From positions 1,860,001 through 1,924,000 of the forward strand of contig NC_042997.1 in assembly GCF_006345805.1 (NCBI RefSeq): 64,000 nucleotides of DNA. Direction: 5' to 3'. The translations under genes and the position numbers were made by a program. The notes under the pieces were generated by a model. The model saw nothing but the letters and a program-made list of their open reading frames with translations, ran no database searches and was not told the DNA's origin. Below are positions 42,536 to 56,194 of this stretch, piece after piece; within the stretch, counting starts at the first letter, position 1; each line of letters opens with the position of its first letter. Source of the DNA: Octopus sinensis (lineage: Eukaryota).

Positions 42536-42870
42536 ATATTTTTGAGTATATTCTATCAATAATTAATATTGGATGTGTCCTTCTTTTGCTTTTATAACAG
42601 TTTTCATGCGTCTTTGCTTGCTTGACACTAAGTTGTTGGGTCAGTGTTCTGCCACTCTTCATGAAATTTGACTGTTAATTCACTTTTTGAAGAACATCTG
42701 TGCATTCCCATGTCTGTACCCAAGTGTGAACACAAGTGTTCAATGGGGTTGAGGCCTAGAGATTCAGGGCGCCATTGCATCAAACTCACCCCTTCCAGAC
42801 GGGATTTCGTCTTTCTGGACCGATGGATCCTGTAGTGACTTATATATAATTGAACTGTGATTATGCATAA
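42372..42870 (-). mobile_element. Tc1-like DNA transposon 3' remnant
   Basis: QWRPESLGLNPIEHLCSHL matches WP..SPDLNPIE.LW. TA-CAGT terminal repeat at 42370-42397; interrupted by (AAT)n. Confidence 0.75.
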
Positions 42871-43441
42871 CAAAAATTGTATATATAAGTCGAAACAATT
42901 TGTTGGACTTTTACGGTTTTTATATTTATTTATATGGTATTATGTTATGTTTTATGTTATATATTATATTCATAGTATTTAATGTAATATTGTAATATAA
43001 ATAAATTATTGAACGTCAATAGAATATCTCTGTATTTGATTTATCTTTATTATTGAATTATACAAATATTTATATGGTATCCAACTGAAATAGAAGTGAA
43101 TTGGAAGTTTAACACACACATTTGAAAGATTTCTTTTCCACATTTTATTACTTTATATATATTTGCATATATATGCGTGTGTGTGTGTGTGTGTGTGTGT
43201 TTGTGTGTGTATGTGTATGTGTGTGTATGTAAGTGGATTTTCAGCGTTATATTATCAGATACCGTGCTACTCTCATTATGGTTCAAAATGCTGGCTAACA
43301 CAATAGTCTGTATTCGATATTACATTGAAGTGGGTTGGCGCAATGAGTACGTCACAGAATCGGAAAAAAATTACTCTAGACGGGTAATTTGATCTTGTCG
43401 TTTGAACTCTCTAATTTCTCATCTATATATGCTTATATGTG

Positions 43442-43515
<74 letters not shown>

Positions 43516-43537
43516 GTGTGTATATGTATATATTATA

Positions 43538-43574
<37 letters not shown>

Positions 43575-43575
<1 letters not shown>

Positions 43576-43790
43576 TACTCTTTTACTCTTTTACTTGTTT
43601 CAGTCATATGACTGCGGCCATGCTAGAGCACCGCCTTTAGCGGAGGAAGTCGACCCCAGGTCTTATTCTGTGCAAGCCTAGTACTTATTCTATCGTTGTC
43701 TTATCTAGAACCGCTAAGTTACGGGGACGTAAGCACAACACTATCGATTGTCAAGTGATGTTGTTGGGAGAAACACAGACACACAAATAC
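43575..43790 (-). mobile_element. SINE, same family as 15400-15600
   Basis: ttttacttgtttcagtcatatgactgcggccatgctagagcaccgcc..ccgctaagttacggggacg is the reverse complement of the 15.4-15.6 kb copy. Confidence 0.75.
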
Positions 43791-43843
43791 ACACACATAC
43801 ACACACACGCAAGCACACACACACATACACACACACACGCACA

Positions 43844-43918
<75 letters not shown>

Positions 43919-43929
43919 ATATATATATA

Positions 43930-43977
<48 letters not shown>

Positions 43978-44514
43978 AGTGAATTTTCAGAGTTATATTA
44001 TCAAATATCATGCTTCTCTCAGTACGGTTCAAATGCTGGATAACACAACGGTCCGTATTCGATGCCTGTGCATCCAATAAATTGTTAGACATTAATAAAT
44101 TTTTGTGTTGGTAATTCTGTGTGTCCTACGCAGGATTCAAAAGTTCCTTAGGTTGTAAAATAACATCAATCTTATAGAGAATGGCGTTTGGTAGTACATG
44201 TGTTTTCACAGCAGCTACTGTGCAATGTAGCAGATGCAGCCTTATAATATTTTCGGTGATTTTATGAAGTTTCACGAGAATCTGTACCTTAGGTCCACAT
44301 TGAATTAAACAGGATGAAGAAAGTGTTTGCTGATTAGTAATTAGTAAAATGAAGGAGTGTTTGTATTTAGAGGAAATTGACATAGAATTCACTCCTGCCG
44401 TAGTTATTGGTGGAACATGATCATAGATAGATCAAGGATGGTGTGTTTGTTTTTGCAGTGTTCTTTTTCAGTTCTATATTTAAGAGATGAGGAATTATGT
44501 ACATTATTTACGTA

Positions 44515-44863
<349 letters not shown>

Positions 44864-45427
44864 AATATAAATAGTGTTCTTTTTATTTCCTAATAGTTTT
44901 TTGTGTCAACTGGTGTATAGAGTACGTTGTCTGCATAGAAGTACTTAGTTAATTTTGATTCAATTTTTCGGCTGTTGTTGCTCATTTATTAGTATTTTCT
45001 ACAGTGTAATCTATAAATCGTTCAAACATCCATTTGCACGAGTGACTCATTTTGGTGTTTGTTCCTGTCTTATGTTTACTAATGTGTATTTTGATTTGAA
45101 AATTTGTTAGAGTTCTTCTACACATTGCCATTTATTCTTTAAGGCTAAGCAGTACTAAATGTTTCCCAATCAGTCAAATAGTTCCTATTTTTATTTTTAA
45201 GCAACCAAATAAGCTTACTTAGAAAAGTCATATTTCCCCTCTATCTCTAAATGAATTTAAATCAGTAGCGATCATTTGTTCGTGATCTTGCATTAATATA
45301 AAAGCATTCCTTATTCTCTGTGGTAACTTGACATTTTTAGACAACATTTTGTTTGTACATTTTGAATCTTATGGACACCTTTTATTTATTGCGCAGTTAG
45401 AGAGACTATTTTGTCAATTTCTCTTAC

Positions 45428-45666
45428 CATTTGTGACATTGCTTTCACTGGAGGTATTTTCTAAATTGTTTTCCCTATTTTCTAAATCATTTCCAATGCT
45501 CTTAATGAGTTCATTTTGACTACTGCACTTTCTAGAAGTTCTATCTGTTCTTTCTCGGCTTACGAGGGAGTTCTTCAGGGTTGTTTTCCTTTGATTGTCA
45601 GTTCTATTATATTCGCTCCTCTGACGCTTAGTTCGATATATAAAGAAAGTTATGCCGAAAGCAGTG
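45428..45666 (-). CDS. Candidate internal coding exon (end of a TM segment plus a polar cytoplasmic-type tail)
   Basis: Acceptor ctgacttttaccgtag|C and donor AATG|GTAAGA; 239 nt with only one open frame: TAFGITFFIYRTKRQRSEYNRTDNQ...SESNVTN. Confidence 0.4.
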
Positions 45667-45961
45667 CTACGGTAAAAGTCAGATTTAGGTGACTCAGTAA
45701 TTGCAGGTTTTCCTAGAGCTCTTGAAATTTTGCTCGGCATATATCGTTTTGTAGTCAAAGTCAATCCAATCATTTATCAAAGATGAAAATACTAGAGACA
45801 GTTATTGTAACAGTGATAATTATAATGGTGATAACAACAACAATAATTGTGATAAAAAAGTAATCGGAGGATGTTATTAGATTCGACCATATGATCATTG
45901 ACTCGGTCTTAATGCAATGTTGCTTACAACATTCCAAAATATTGGCAAACAATTTTTTTAG

Positions 45962-46111
45962 GCTCGGTCAAAATAAGGAATTCTTGACGTGCCAAGCAAA
46001 TCGTGAGGTCAAAGCCAGATACCGATTGCTCGAAGTACAGTTAGAACTTAGTTTGCTCGCTATCCAGGATGCGAGTGATAAACCACATGCTATTTGGTCA
46101 AAATACAGTTC
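45962..46111 (+). CDS. Candidate 150 nt exon, unknown product
   Basis: aatttttttag|G ... TTC|GTAAGA; open only in phase 2 (LGQNKEFLTCQANREVKARYRLLEVQLELSLLAIQDASDKPHAIWSKYS). Confidence 0.22.
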
Positions 46112-46625
46112 GTAAGATTTAGTCTGCTGGAGCCTATCAGAGGTTATTTAAAGGATAAATCCAATAAATCCAACCAATTCACTACACTTGTTAATTAGGA
46201 AACACGACTGTCACTACATAAAGCTGATGATTGCGTAACGCAATATTGTAAAACAGTAAAAATGTTAAAATGCAGACAATGGAATGTGAAAACAAGACTA
46301 AGCTGGAATTTCATTGATTGATACACACACACACACACACACAATCACACATACTATTATATTTATCTACCATTTGTTTCAGTCTGTGGACTGTAACCCT
46401 ATTGGGAGGCGATTATGAAAAGCAAAAACGTAAAGATGCTTACAGCACCTGTTTCCAAGCGTTCCAAAATTTAAGCTATAACCAAGTATGACGTTGATTA
46501 GTTTAGGTGGTCGGACAAGCACCGGCGCTTTCTATGCGATATGGCCGCCAAACACACACACACACACGCGCTGTCTCTCTCTCTCTCGCTCGCGTTCTCT
46601 CCCCCTCACTCTCTATTTTTATTTT

Positions 46626-46671
<46 letters not shown>

Positions 46672-46759
46672 TAGACCACCATCCATATAATCATTAAACT
46701 TTATTTAAATCGTATACATTCAACTTATTTATTAATTGTTACAATTTGAATATATAATA

Positions 46760-47745
46760 TTTAGTAGACGTGTCATTTGCATTTTGTAATACAATGACCC
46801 AGTTAGGCGTGTTTCTCTTACGTTATTTCTTGTCAGGTTTCATGCAGTAATCTCAAGATATCCGGCTTTGAAGATGCTTTCTTATTCTTTTTATGAAGTG
46901 TCCTGTTCATCATGTCTGAGAGGTGTTCAGCAGGGTTCGTATCTGGTGACTGGCTTGGCCATGGAAGCTTTTTAATGCCATTCTTATGTAAAAAAATCTT
47001 GGATCATTTCAACCGTGTGCCAAGGTCTTCTTAAATGATTTCACCACTGGAGAACCTTGCAAGTACTCATTTCTGCAATATAGATAAATATTCACATTTT
47101 TATCTGAGTTTATGTTTCCTTTACTTTCAACCAAATTGCTTCCCAGGCCATCACATAATAGCTGCTGTAGGCTGCAATCCGCTTATATCAAATTCTCGAT
47201 CACTGTCCTCAGTCCCACACTCTACCAGTGTCCGGAAATAAATCAAATCTGGACTCATTAGACGATATGACAGTGTCCCAAAATGCTAGTGGCCTATGCA
47301 CCATCTCGCCATTATTTTCTCCGCTTAATGTTGGCTGGTCGAAGAAGTGGCTTCCTTCTTGCTGCTCTGACATAGTAACTAGATTTGTGGAGATACCTGA
47401 AAACTGTCCTGAAACTGACACCAGCTTGTTCTGCTGTCAGAGGCTTTGCAATAAGCATTGTCCTCTACACCTCTCTTAAACAAGAGAAGGGTTCTGTCAG
47501 AGGGCCGTGGTTGATCTGGGCGAGGTGATGTGAAATCATTCCCATGTCTGGTGAAACGTACACTCACTCTATTAACTTTAGAAAGCGGTATTCCAAGGTT
47601 TACTGCGATTTTACGTTGACTATGACCACCTTCAGAATGACCCGCAATATAGTCAGACAGTTCAAAGGCTTCATTTGTACATGGTAGGATTTGCAGTCAC
47701 ACATAGAATGTTAATTAATCTTGATAATACTAAAACACTAGACAT
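46760..47745 (-). mobile_element. Tc1-like transposase pseudogene, near full length
   Basis: HTH-like GHSQRKIAVNLGIPLSKVNRV, first-D region WDTVISSNESRFDLFPDTGRVW and C-terminal WPSQSPDTNPAEHL. Confidence 0.85.
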
Positions 47746-48249
47746 GTTTCTGTGTACCCGAAATATCTCAGAAATAGTATATTTCACTTTAATTGTTTTT
47801 TACATATTTATATTTATGCTTGTCTTCGGCAGTGCAGTAAAAAGGTTTGTGATATTTGGGACGCTATTTGTAAGTAAAACGATTAAACAAAATTTTAGTT
47901 TGTTATTTCTTGATGAAAAAAAAACATATTTTCTGTGACATCAAGACACATACATAATACACACACATATAATGAATGTCATGGCTGTTAGTCAACACAA
48001 ACATACGTCCGGTGCCTATGACATACACATATACATAGACTTCGCGCTTTCTAAGAAAAAAACAAACTTTCAACTGATGTACACAATATTTCAATCATTT
48101 AGAAATATGTTTAACTGAATGTGATTTCAAGAATGTAAATCATTTGTACAGTAAATATTTATATTTTCGCTTTCTTTAAACAAAACATAATTCAATGTTT
48201 TATTTAAAATATATATAAGTGAATGGCAATCTTTCTCTTATCAACCGGA

Positions 48250-48549
48250 GTTCGTTAAGTTCCGTAAAATAGTTTTTATTTATTTACTCTTGTTTTAAAG
48301 TGATAGAGAGGAGAAAGTGAAAGATGTATGAACGTGTATATGAAATGGACGGGTGTGAACGAGAGAAATTGAGAGAGAGAGAGAGAGAGTGAAGCGGTGT
48401 GTTGTCATGTATACGTATATATATCAATACATATGCGTACATGTTCTTTTGTAAGTGCGTATACATGCATGTGTGTGTGAGAGAGAGAGAGAGAGAGAAA
48501 GAAAGTGAATGAGTGAATGTGTGTGTTCTCATGTATTTGGAATTTGCCG

Positions 48550-48581
<32 letters not shown>

Positions 48582-48690
48582 CACATGCCCGTCCATTTCA
48601 TGTACCCGTTCATATATCTTTCATTTTCTCCTCGCTTTAAATTTAAAATAAATGTATATAAATAAAAATCTATTACGGAAATTAGCGAAC
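48250..48690. mobile_element. Foldback/MITE-like element with ~140 bp inverted arms ending internally in (GA)n/(CT)n
   Basis: gttcgttaagttccgtaa..tgaaatggacgggtgtg (left) is the reverse complement of cacatgcccgtccatttca..ttacggaaattagcgaac (right). Confidence 0.7.
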
Positions 48691-49268
48691 AAAACCAGCT
48701 GATCTAGTTGACAGTTCTGTGAATCAAAGCGACAGTTCCGAGAGTCAAAGCAAAAGATCGCCCCAAGGGAATACCATTACAAAAATTTATTCGTGTGCAT
48801 TCAACGTATCTCAGCGCCAGAGATCTGGCTGCTATTTCTAGCACACCCTGCTACCACCTAACAGCTATTTGCAATAAAGGACCCGAAATACCTGTTACAT
48901 GGTTGCATGGCGTGCAAGACATAACAAACAAGCCTATCCTTCTCTGTGGAAAGGAACTGTTTACGCATGCTTTCAATGTCACGTTCGTTGAAATCATGCA
49001 AAATAACCTGGGAGAGAAAAAAAGCACGAAACAAATCTCCGTTGACGGGAAAGTCAGACTTTCCAGGTGAGGCAATGGGCCACAGTTTGTCTAGTGAAAA
49101 ATATAAAACTTCACAATTTGTAGTAAACATGAATTGATGTTTTATAGGCTGTATATTTACTTCTGTCATGTATGAGTATGTATATATGTATGTACGTATG
49201 TATGCATTTATGTATGTATGTATGTATGTATGTATGTATGTATGTATGTATGTATGTATGTATGTATG

Positions 49269-49338
<70 letters not shown>

Positions 49339-49883
49339 TCAATAAATGGTGGGGTTGTGTTGACCGCACGTGGAGAAATGATAAGTAAGGAAAAAATCTT
49401 TTTAAAAATGCAGAATGCTCAAATGAAAGAAAATTTTAATAAAATGAGAAAATGAGAAAATCTGCAACATGCTGAATTTAACAACACAACACATCACATG
49501 CTCTTAATCCCCTTGGATCTTAACACCTCAAGGTAATTTTTTGGTAAACAACCATAAAACTCAAGATACACAACGAACTCACAATGTATCGGAGAACTTA
49601 TTTTTTAATTTTTGTACATTTTTATCATTATTCTTTTACAAAAAACAATGCAATTTTCTTTTTTTCCCCTTCTAATTTTTAAAATAACTTCTTAAAACAT
49701 AAATATTCTTGACAAGTCATACAATGACGAAAACCGGTTGAATAAATATATATTTATATATTTTATCATTTTCTCATTTTATTAAAATTTTCTTTCATTT
49801 GAGCATTCTGCATTTTTAAAAAAAATTTTCCTTACTTATATATATATATATATATATAATATATATATATATTATATATATAT

Positions 49884-49930
<47 letters not shown>

Positions 49931-50107
49931 GGAACGGTTTCTCCCTTTTCCACTTTTCCATCTAAGAATAAAGCAAAGGTGGGTATTAGTTAAGAAGAAA
50001 AAGAATTAAATTTAATATAAATGTTAATGAAATGTTTTGTAAATATTTCCATCATCTTCAAATAGGTAGAACACTTTTTTTTTCTCTGTCTCTCTTCTTT
50101 TGTGAAG

Positions 50108-50170
50108 GTTCGAAAAGTACGTAATAGCAGATCTGAAATATGTGTTTATGGGTGCAGAGATATATAATAT
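50108..50170 (+). CDS. Candidate 63 nt exon, unknown product
   Basis: Long pyrimidine tract ..tctcttcttttgtgaag| and donor AT|GTAAGT; open only in phase 2 (FEKYVIADLKYVFMGAEIYN). Confidence 0.3.
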
Positions 50171-51187
50171 GTAAGTATGTGTATCTTGAGACGTTGTTAC
50201 TGTGAATGAAGAAATTCTCTCGCCAGTTCTTTATGTTTTTCGACTCAAAATGTGGAAATGTATTCTGACTGGTAGACGAATGTACGAAGGTCTATTAAAA
50301 CTGTTAGTTTATTTTGTAGGGTGTCCCTGCATTTGTGTCATGTGACCGTTTGGACGTTATTCACGGCAATGCACTCCCTATGTCAGTATAGTAACTGTTC
50401 CAATTTGAACAGGATGTTACCAGAATAGCTAAAATATTGTAAGAGATTGTCTGCTTCCAATCTATTGAGAGTACATATGTTTTTATCCGTATGTTTGTGT
50501 GCGAGGGTGATTTAATTGTAAATGAATGTATCTAATAGGTATGTGATTAAATATTTTTCGTGGTTTGTATACTGTAATAAAAATGTTTGTTCCAGGTTTC
50601 TCTTATTGTTTTGTAAGGGGAATTTTCGAATTTACTATTGCTATAACAAAACAAATTCAAACGCGGACGTAAGAAAAAAATTATTAATAATGCAAATCTC
50701 AACTGAAGAGATGATTTCACAGACAAATATGTCATCAAGAAATTACAGCATTGTTGTTCGCATATATTTAAACAAACACACATACAACAATATTCACACC
50801 TACATAGAGATAAATGTCCTACTCTCCGTTGTAGACAAGGCAGCAAGCTATGTTTCTAAATTTATCTATTCTGACAATCCGTTGTTGAAATATAGCAAGG
50901 TACATTAGCTAGATTAACATCACAGAAATAATGCATGATATTTGCACATATCGCCATTGTGTAGACTACCGCACCTTCAAATTTGGAAGCAAACGTCGTT
51001 CAAATGGTAACTTCGTACTATTACACAGGAATCACATTGACCTAAGCGAATCCTTTGGCAGATATCACCTCATACTGCACCAATTTAAGAGAATCTCAAC
51101 AAATGGCTATTTGAGGCATCATGTGAAAGTCTCCGCAAAATAAGGAAACAGAGATGCACGACACTAATGGAATTGTCACGCCCTGCT

Positions 51188-51222
<35 letters not shown>

Positions 51223-51499
51223 TACACACATATATATATATATATACATACATACGTAAATACATACAACCACAAAAGCGCATGTATGCTACATACATAT
51301 ATGTATATATATATACATATAAACATATACATATATATATATATATACATATGGAAATATATATATGTATATATCTACATAGCTATCTATCTATGTATAT
51401 ATATATATATATATATATACACATGCGCACATTTATTTGATGCAGTTGTTGGTTAATACTATGCAGGGAGTTACCATTGTCTTCGACACTATTATTCTC

Positions 51500-52010
51500 C
51501 TACCGAGAAAGGCGTTTCGCCGGACCTACTTTTTGAAATAGGAATACCGCTGTCGTTGTTTTTGTAGCTGCTGCTATCAGTGCTGTTGCAATTTCTTAGT
51601 GCGTTGTTGATGCTACAATTGATAGTGTTCTTGCTACTTTCGTTTCCGTTGCTGCTGCTATTTCCGGACGCGCTGTTGGTGCTGCTGTTGTTGTTCACTG
51701 CTATCGCTAAGATTACCGCTGACTACTGTCGGACGCTTAGCTGGTGCTGCAGATGTTGCTACTGTTATTTTTGCTTCTGTCGTTATTGCCGTTCTTGTTG
51801 TTGCTATTGTTGGTGTTGTTGCTACTGCTATCACTACAGTTACTACCGTTTCTTACAGACCTGCTGCTTGCGTTGGTGTCGCTGTCACAGACACTTCTGT
51901 CATTGTTGCTGTTACCACCGGGCACTCTTTTGGTGCTTCTGCCATTCTTGCCACTGTTGCTATTGTTGTCATTGCTTCCGTCAACTCCGGTCACCATCTC
52001 AGACTCGTAG
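51500..52010. repeat. Degenerate (CTG/TTG/CTA) cryptic trinucleotide region
   Basis: Seen directly; yields Leu-, Cys- or Asn/Ser-rich spurious ORFs. Confidence 0.8.
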
Positions 52011-52079
52011 ACCACGGCCTCAGATTAGCATTGATCTCCCACTCACTGGGTACTCACTGCTAGCCCTGCATGAGCATTC

Positions 52080-52900
52080 TGCTTCTGTGCAGATTTTAGT
52101 TGTGTTCATTAAGATCATTTAAACATTGGGTGAGGCGACACAGCTCAATGAGAACCTTAAGTTGTGTCTTTTAAATAATTGTCCGTACCTACGGGATTGT
52201 GTGAAATGCTTGACCAGTAAGATAAGAAAGATACTTCCGACGCAAGTCTTGGCGTAGAATGAGAATGGCGGAGCACACCAAAACAACCTATGGTGCCACT
52301 TTCTTTTGAGATTGCTGCGGCTCGGCATAAAGCAGAAGCGACCGTTAAACTCGCTGGATCCCAAGGCCTCGTTGTAATAGGTGGTTGCATTATTGAAAAT
52401 CTCTTTATTGAAGTACAGTTTCGCAAGCCTCCTACAGACAGATTCTGCCGGCATTTAAAAGAAGATGGTGCGCCATACGAGGTTAACTGGAAGCTACTGC
52501 AACAACCTGGATTACACCTGAATGGGAGCAGATGATGTAAACTTTGCTTGGCCGGCAGGGAAAAATACTAATGAATTTGCTTGAGACGTGGACCAACATA
52601 AAGTCCAAAAGTGAGATATTTAGTCCGCGCCCTCATCCAAGAAAATTCTTGGAGAAATGGAATCTCTCGCTTACTGAGTAGGGCACGTAAATCGTGTATA
52701 TACAAACCGTTTTCGGATGTAGCTGGAACCGGTCACAGACTGATATGGCCATCTCACCCTGAATGAATGTCACTCGGTTTCGTAGATTTTTTCATAGAAT
52801 TGACTACCCAAGACTGTATTCGTACCTGCGGTAGTGGAGAAGTTGTGTGCTTCCTAATGGTCGCCTATATTGTAAAGTGTATAAGAGCGACACCAATAAT
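52080..52900 (-). mobile_element. Degraded PLE (LYRDD-type) RT thumb/linker fragment
   Basis: SVCRRLAKLYFNKEIFNNATTYYNEAL..LFWCAPPFSFYAKTCVGSIFLILLVKHF..LFKRHNLRFSLSC matches the WFNPPFS..IG..FL.L..KHF..FNR..K.SYSC pattern. Confidence 0.8.
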
Positions 52901-53679
52901 ACTTTCTTACCGTCCATGACTACATGACTACATTAAATATTACTGCTCTAAAGATTTTACTAATCTTCTTGTTCCGACTTATGAACAACTGACCGATTAT
53001 ACACACACACGCATATATATATATATATATATATAGATATATATGTGCTAATATGTGTGCCTGTCTGTGCGTGTGTGTGTGAATGTGTGTGTATGTGTGT
53101 AAGCACACACACACGTATGGTGCATATACGTGTATTGACCTCTCTTAATAATCTGCACAGATTTATCACAATACATACGCATGCACTCGCGTAGACAGAT
53201 ATACATTTACTACATTTAATTTTTATTGTTTGAACCTACTTTGTTGTATTTCTGATTTATATGCTATTTTGCATTATTTATTGACATGATTTATTACTCT
53301 AACGAAAACATATGTGTGTGTTAGTGTGTGCGTGCGTGTGTGTGTGTGAATAAGTGTGTGTATGTATGTCTCCCTGTGCGCGAGCGCGTGTGCATTTGTG
53401 CAAATCAAAATTTGTCTATGTGGAAGTATACTTGACGCTCTCTATGTCTGTAACTGTTTCCCTTTATCCCTGGCAATACAATTGTCGGGAAACAGACTCA
53501 TCTAGACATGCACTACAATGTTTAACCTAAGTTCTTTCTTAAACTTCATTACTAATTTCATTTTATTTACGGCATATTATTTTAATTTTTCTTTCCTCTT
53601 TTTACTTTACTCTTTTTTTTTATTTATATTTAGCCTCTCCTGTTACTGTTTCATTTTATTATTTTTCCTCCTCTTTTAG

Positions 53680-53709
53680 TTATAGTAACATTGGTTACGA
53701 TTGTATCAG
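53680..53709 (+). CDS. Candidate 30 nt phase 1-1 microexon (hydrophobic)
   Basis: tttttcctcctcttttag|TTATAGTAACATTGGTTACGATTGTATCAG|gtaaag, encoding xIVTLVTIVS. Confidence 0.3.
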
Positions 53710-54585
53710 GTAAAGCAATGAGTAGTTTCTAAAAATATAAAACTTCACTATACAGACGTTAAAACATATAGCTTCAAAATTATTGATAAAAAATATCTTG
53801 GTTTTGTAAATAAATTTCACCAGAACAGAACTTATTTTTTAAATCATTTCTTCAATTTTGAGATTTTAATTCATCAACAATGATAGAGATTTTTAATAGC
53901 ACTGCAATCACTGTAATTAATTTCATTGAAAACTTTCATCTCCATCGTTACACAATTGCGTTGCTCTATTAGCTATACAGCTGTAAAAAGTCAAACCGTA
54001 GTGAAGAGCATGCACATTTTCCTTTCCCCTGAGGCCAGCTAACTAATAACATCACAACATTATATTATTATATTTATTTCAATAGTCAGCAACTAGTAAG
54101 TGTGATGAAATGCAAACGCTGTCAGATTTTACAACACAAATAATTCATATGAATACGATGCATAATGAGACAAATTAAAAGCATTATCGTTTGTTCAAGG
54201 CATGATTATCTAAACGCTATAGTGAAGTTTCCAGGAAACGTCATACTCAAGGAACATAATATCTCATTATTAGATCCACAAAAACTGTAGTCAAAATGTG
54301 GGTGCACAGCAAATGACGCAATATAATGGAAAAAGAATTGCTTTTCCCTAGACTGCTTATAGTTTCTAAACTGAGAACAGTACTACACGATATATATTTG
54401 TACACACACGTGCGCGCACCCAAAGACAACATTCATGAATGCACACAGACAGACAGATAGACACACAGACACACACACACATGCACACACACATATGGAT
54501 GATGGATCAAAACAGTTTCAAACTGTTTTGATCCATACATGCAACTTCACTTGTCGAATGCCCTTCTTTCGTTTGTCAACTGACA

Positions 54586-54635
<50 letters not shown>

Positions 54636-54649
54636 AAATTTAAAGAAAA

Positions 54650-55960
54650 GTAAAAGACGAAGACAGGTGAATGAACAACAAGAATGAGTATTAGTTTGAC
54701 GCTCGGGAAAGTGAAAATGTCTTTTACGTTTCGAGGTTAGGGTTTTCAACAGAAAGGAATAAGAGAATAAATAGAGATAAAAAAATTAAAAAATAAACTT
54801 CAGCGGTCGTGATTGGTTTGGTAAAAAATTACTGATAGGAGAGGTTGAAAGATGGGGTGATAATAAAGTATAGGTGGTCCAAAAGATGAACGTGCACGTT
54901 AGGGGATGTATGTGAGTGGATAGGAAATAATGACTTTGATGTGTGTAGATGTCTGTGTGTGTGTGTGAATAGGTGATAGTGACTTCGACGAGCGTAGACG
55001 TGTGTGTGTGTAAGTCTATGAGTCTGCAACATGTGGGTGTGGTACATGATGGTGTGTGGGTATGCAGATGGTGGGTTGTGGTGTGGGTTGTGGTGTGGGT
55101 TGTGGTGTAGGTTGGGGTGTGTGGTGGTATGGGGTGTAGTTTAGTGTGGGGGTGAATGTGTGTTGGATGTGGATAGGTTGCCGTGTGGGTGTAAGGGATA
55201 TGATTGTGGGATGAAAGTGGAAGTGAAGGAGTGGGGTAAGGGTAGGTGGCGTGTGTAGTAGTGTTAGTGAGGGTGGTATCATTGAAGAAAAAAAGGTAGG
55301 TAGGAGTCAAGAGGGAAGTAGATATCAGATGAAGAGAGGATAGGAGGGGAGTCAGATAAAGAGGGGAGGGGATTTGAGCCCTTATTATGCAAAGCAGCGA
55401 AGAGAGATTTTTAAATACTGTTCACGGTGAAGGTGTGAGTCCGAATGGCCCCTGTGCAAAGACAATCCAAACACAGTCAGTTGTTGTAGTGAATGACCAG
55501 TAGAGCGGAAATGGCGCGAGATCGGGGTGTAATAGCCGAGTGTGATATGTAGGAGCTGCTCCGTGAACCTGTCAGCCGAGCGACGTCCTGTTTCTCCGAT
55601 ATAAAGAGATAGACGGAAAGAGCAGGAGATGACGTTGCTAGAAGTGCAGTTAAAGGAGTCGGTGATGATAAGTATGATGATGGGTATCTGTGAAGATGGT
55701 TGTGTTAGAGAGGTAGGGACAAGTGATGCAGCGTATGCAGAAGCAGGAGACCGAACCAGGCTGGGAGGTGGGGTTAGGATAGAAACTGTGAACCAGAAGG
55801 TCACGTCGTTTGTGGGCTCGGTTGAAGAAGGGAAGGGGAAGGTTGGGGAAGATGTGCTAGATGGAGGGGTCGGACTGGCGAGGCCGGAATGCTGGAGAAA
55901 GATAGGTTGGGTGGACAGGGTGGGGTGGTAGCTGAGGGGAAACGGGTGCGTGTGCAGGAA
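54650..55960 (-). mobile_element. PLE 3' portion: linker, GIY-YIG, CA-rich 3' region and terminal repeat with degenerate hammerhead
   Basis: YIGETGRRSADRFTEQLLHI..ISRHFRSTGHS (55385-55804), homologous to 1291-1545. Terminal CTGTTGA..CTC-GAAACGTA at 54725-54752 on the minus strand. Confidence 0.85.
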
Positions 55961-56052
55961 GAATCATATTAAGAAAATGTATAGAGATCTTTCATCTGGG
56001 GGGCTTCGAAGGAGTATATATATATATGTTTGTGTGTATGTAAAGATACATA

Positions 56053-56116
<64 letters not shown>

Positions 56117-56194
56117 TATAAACAGGAAATTAGTTACAAGGATATCAATGTATTAGTGCATTTCGTCGGCTAGTTTGAAGCCCAAATATTCTCA

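Noticed and set aside
51580-52122. 180 aa ORF with a hydrophobic N-terminus and Cys-rich body
   Set aside because: It lies in a degenerate CTG/TTG repeat that is open on both strands, with no domain pattern.
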